Assembly (NCBI RefSeq): GCF_964204645.1
Contig: NC_134028.1
Coordinates: forward strand, 12,385,263-12,449,262
Direction of reading: 5' to 3'
Length of the DNA stretch: 64,000 bases
DNA from: Tubulanus polymorphus
Lineage: Eukaryota; Animalia; Nemertea
The notes under the pieces were generated by a model. It was not told the origin of the DNA, made no database searches, and saw nothing but the letters and a program-made list of their open reading frames with translations. How positions within the stretch are numbered: position 1 is the stretch's first letter; each line of letters begins with the position of its first letter. Below are positions 63,684 through 64,000 of this stretch, one piece after another. The position numbers and the translations under genes are program-made.

Positions 63684-64000
63684 TCAAAATTTAAAATATA
63701 ATATTCCTCCGATTACAATTCCTATACAAGTTATAGCTAATTTAGTATTTTCATGGGATTTATTATCATCATTTAGTTTAATCATATCATGTTGAATATT
63801 ATCAGTTCCAATATCACCGTGTGGGTGCCGTACGGCACCATTTTCTGATGTATTGTAATCTTTTATTTTAGAATCATTATTTAATTTAATATTATTAGTT
63901 TTAGTTTCTGTTGATTGAATGTGTTTTTTATTTTTTTCACCTTCCATTAATTTTGGAGCAGTTATAATCTTTTTATTTATATCATTCAATCCAAATGAAT
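63684..64000 (-). CDS. 3' end of the 441-aa conserved protein homolog
   Basis: APKLMEGEKNKKH..CIGIVIGGILYFKF. Confidence 0.7.
   Translation of the reverse strand, partial: SFGLNDINKKIITAPKLMEGEKNKKHIQSTETKTNNIKLNNDSKIKDYNTSENGAVRHPHGDIGTDNIQHDMIKLNDDNKSHENTKLAITCIGIVIGGILYFKF

Larger units (their letters stand above)
53551..64000. mobile_element. Hairpin-ended type B element (HNH, integrase, ATPase, palindrome array, ZnF, capsid module), running off the window
   Basis: Homologs of type A genes in a different order; begins with two fold-back hairpins. Confidence 0.8.

Overview
A very AT-rich eukaryotic (probably invertebrate) region. It is mostly a nested cluster of decaying Polinton/Maverick (adintovirus-like) elements, mixed with host-type TEs: HINE/Helentron-type elements, a LINE RT fragment, a BEL/Pao LTR fragment and MITEs. 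One near-complete ~16.3 kb element (type A, 32911-49206) has TIRs, pPolB, an rve-chromo integrase, a packaging ATPase and capsid genes. Two further partial type A copies lie at 1-10485 and 14652-21489. Main observations: (1) all three pPolB genes carry a LAGLIDADG intein splitting the catalytic YFD|TDA motif, resembling giant-virus PolB inteins. (2) A second element family (10560-12707, 21490-32154, 53551-64000) shares the structural gene module, shows no polymerase within the window, and ends in long fold-back hairpins built from Polinton-like termini with a strand-biased G.T mismatch pattern. (3) Most genes start at a TAAATG motif behind a T-tract, and an NCLDV-type HNH gene is present, which hints at dependence on a large DNA helper virus. 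All assignments are by eye from motifs; no database searches were run.
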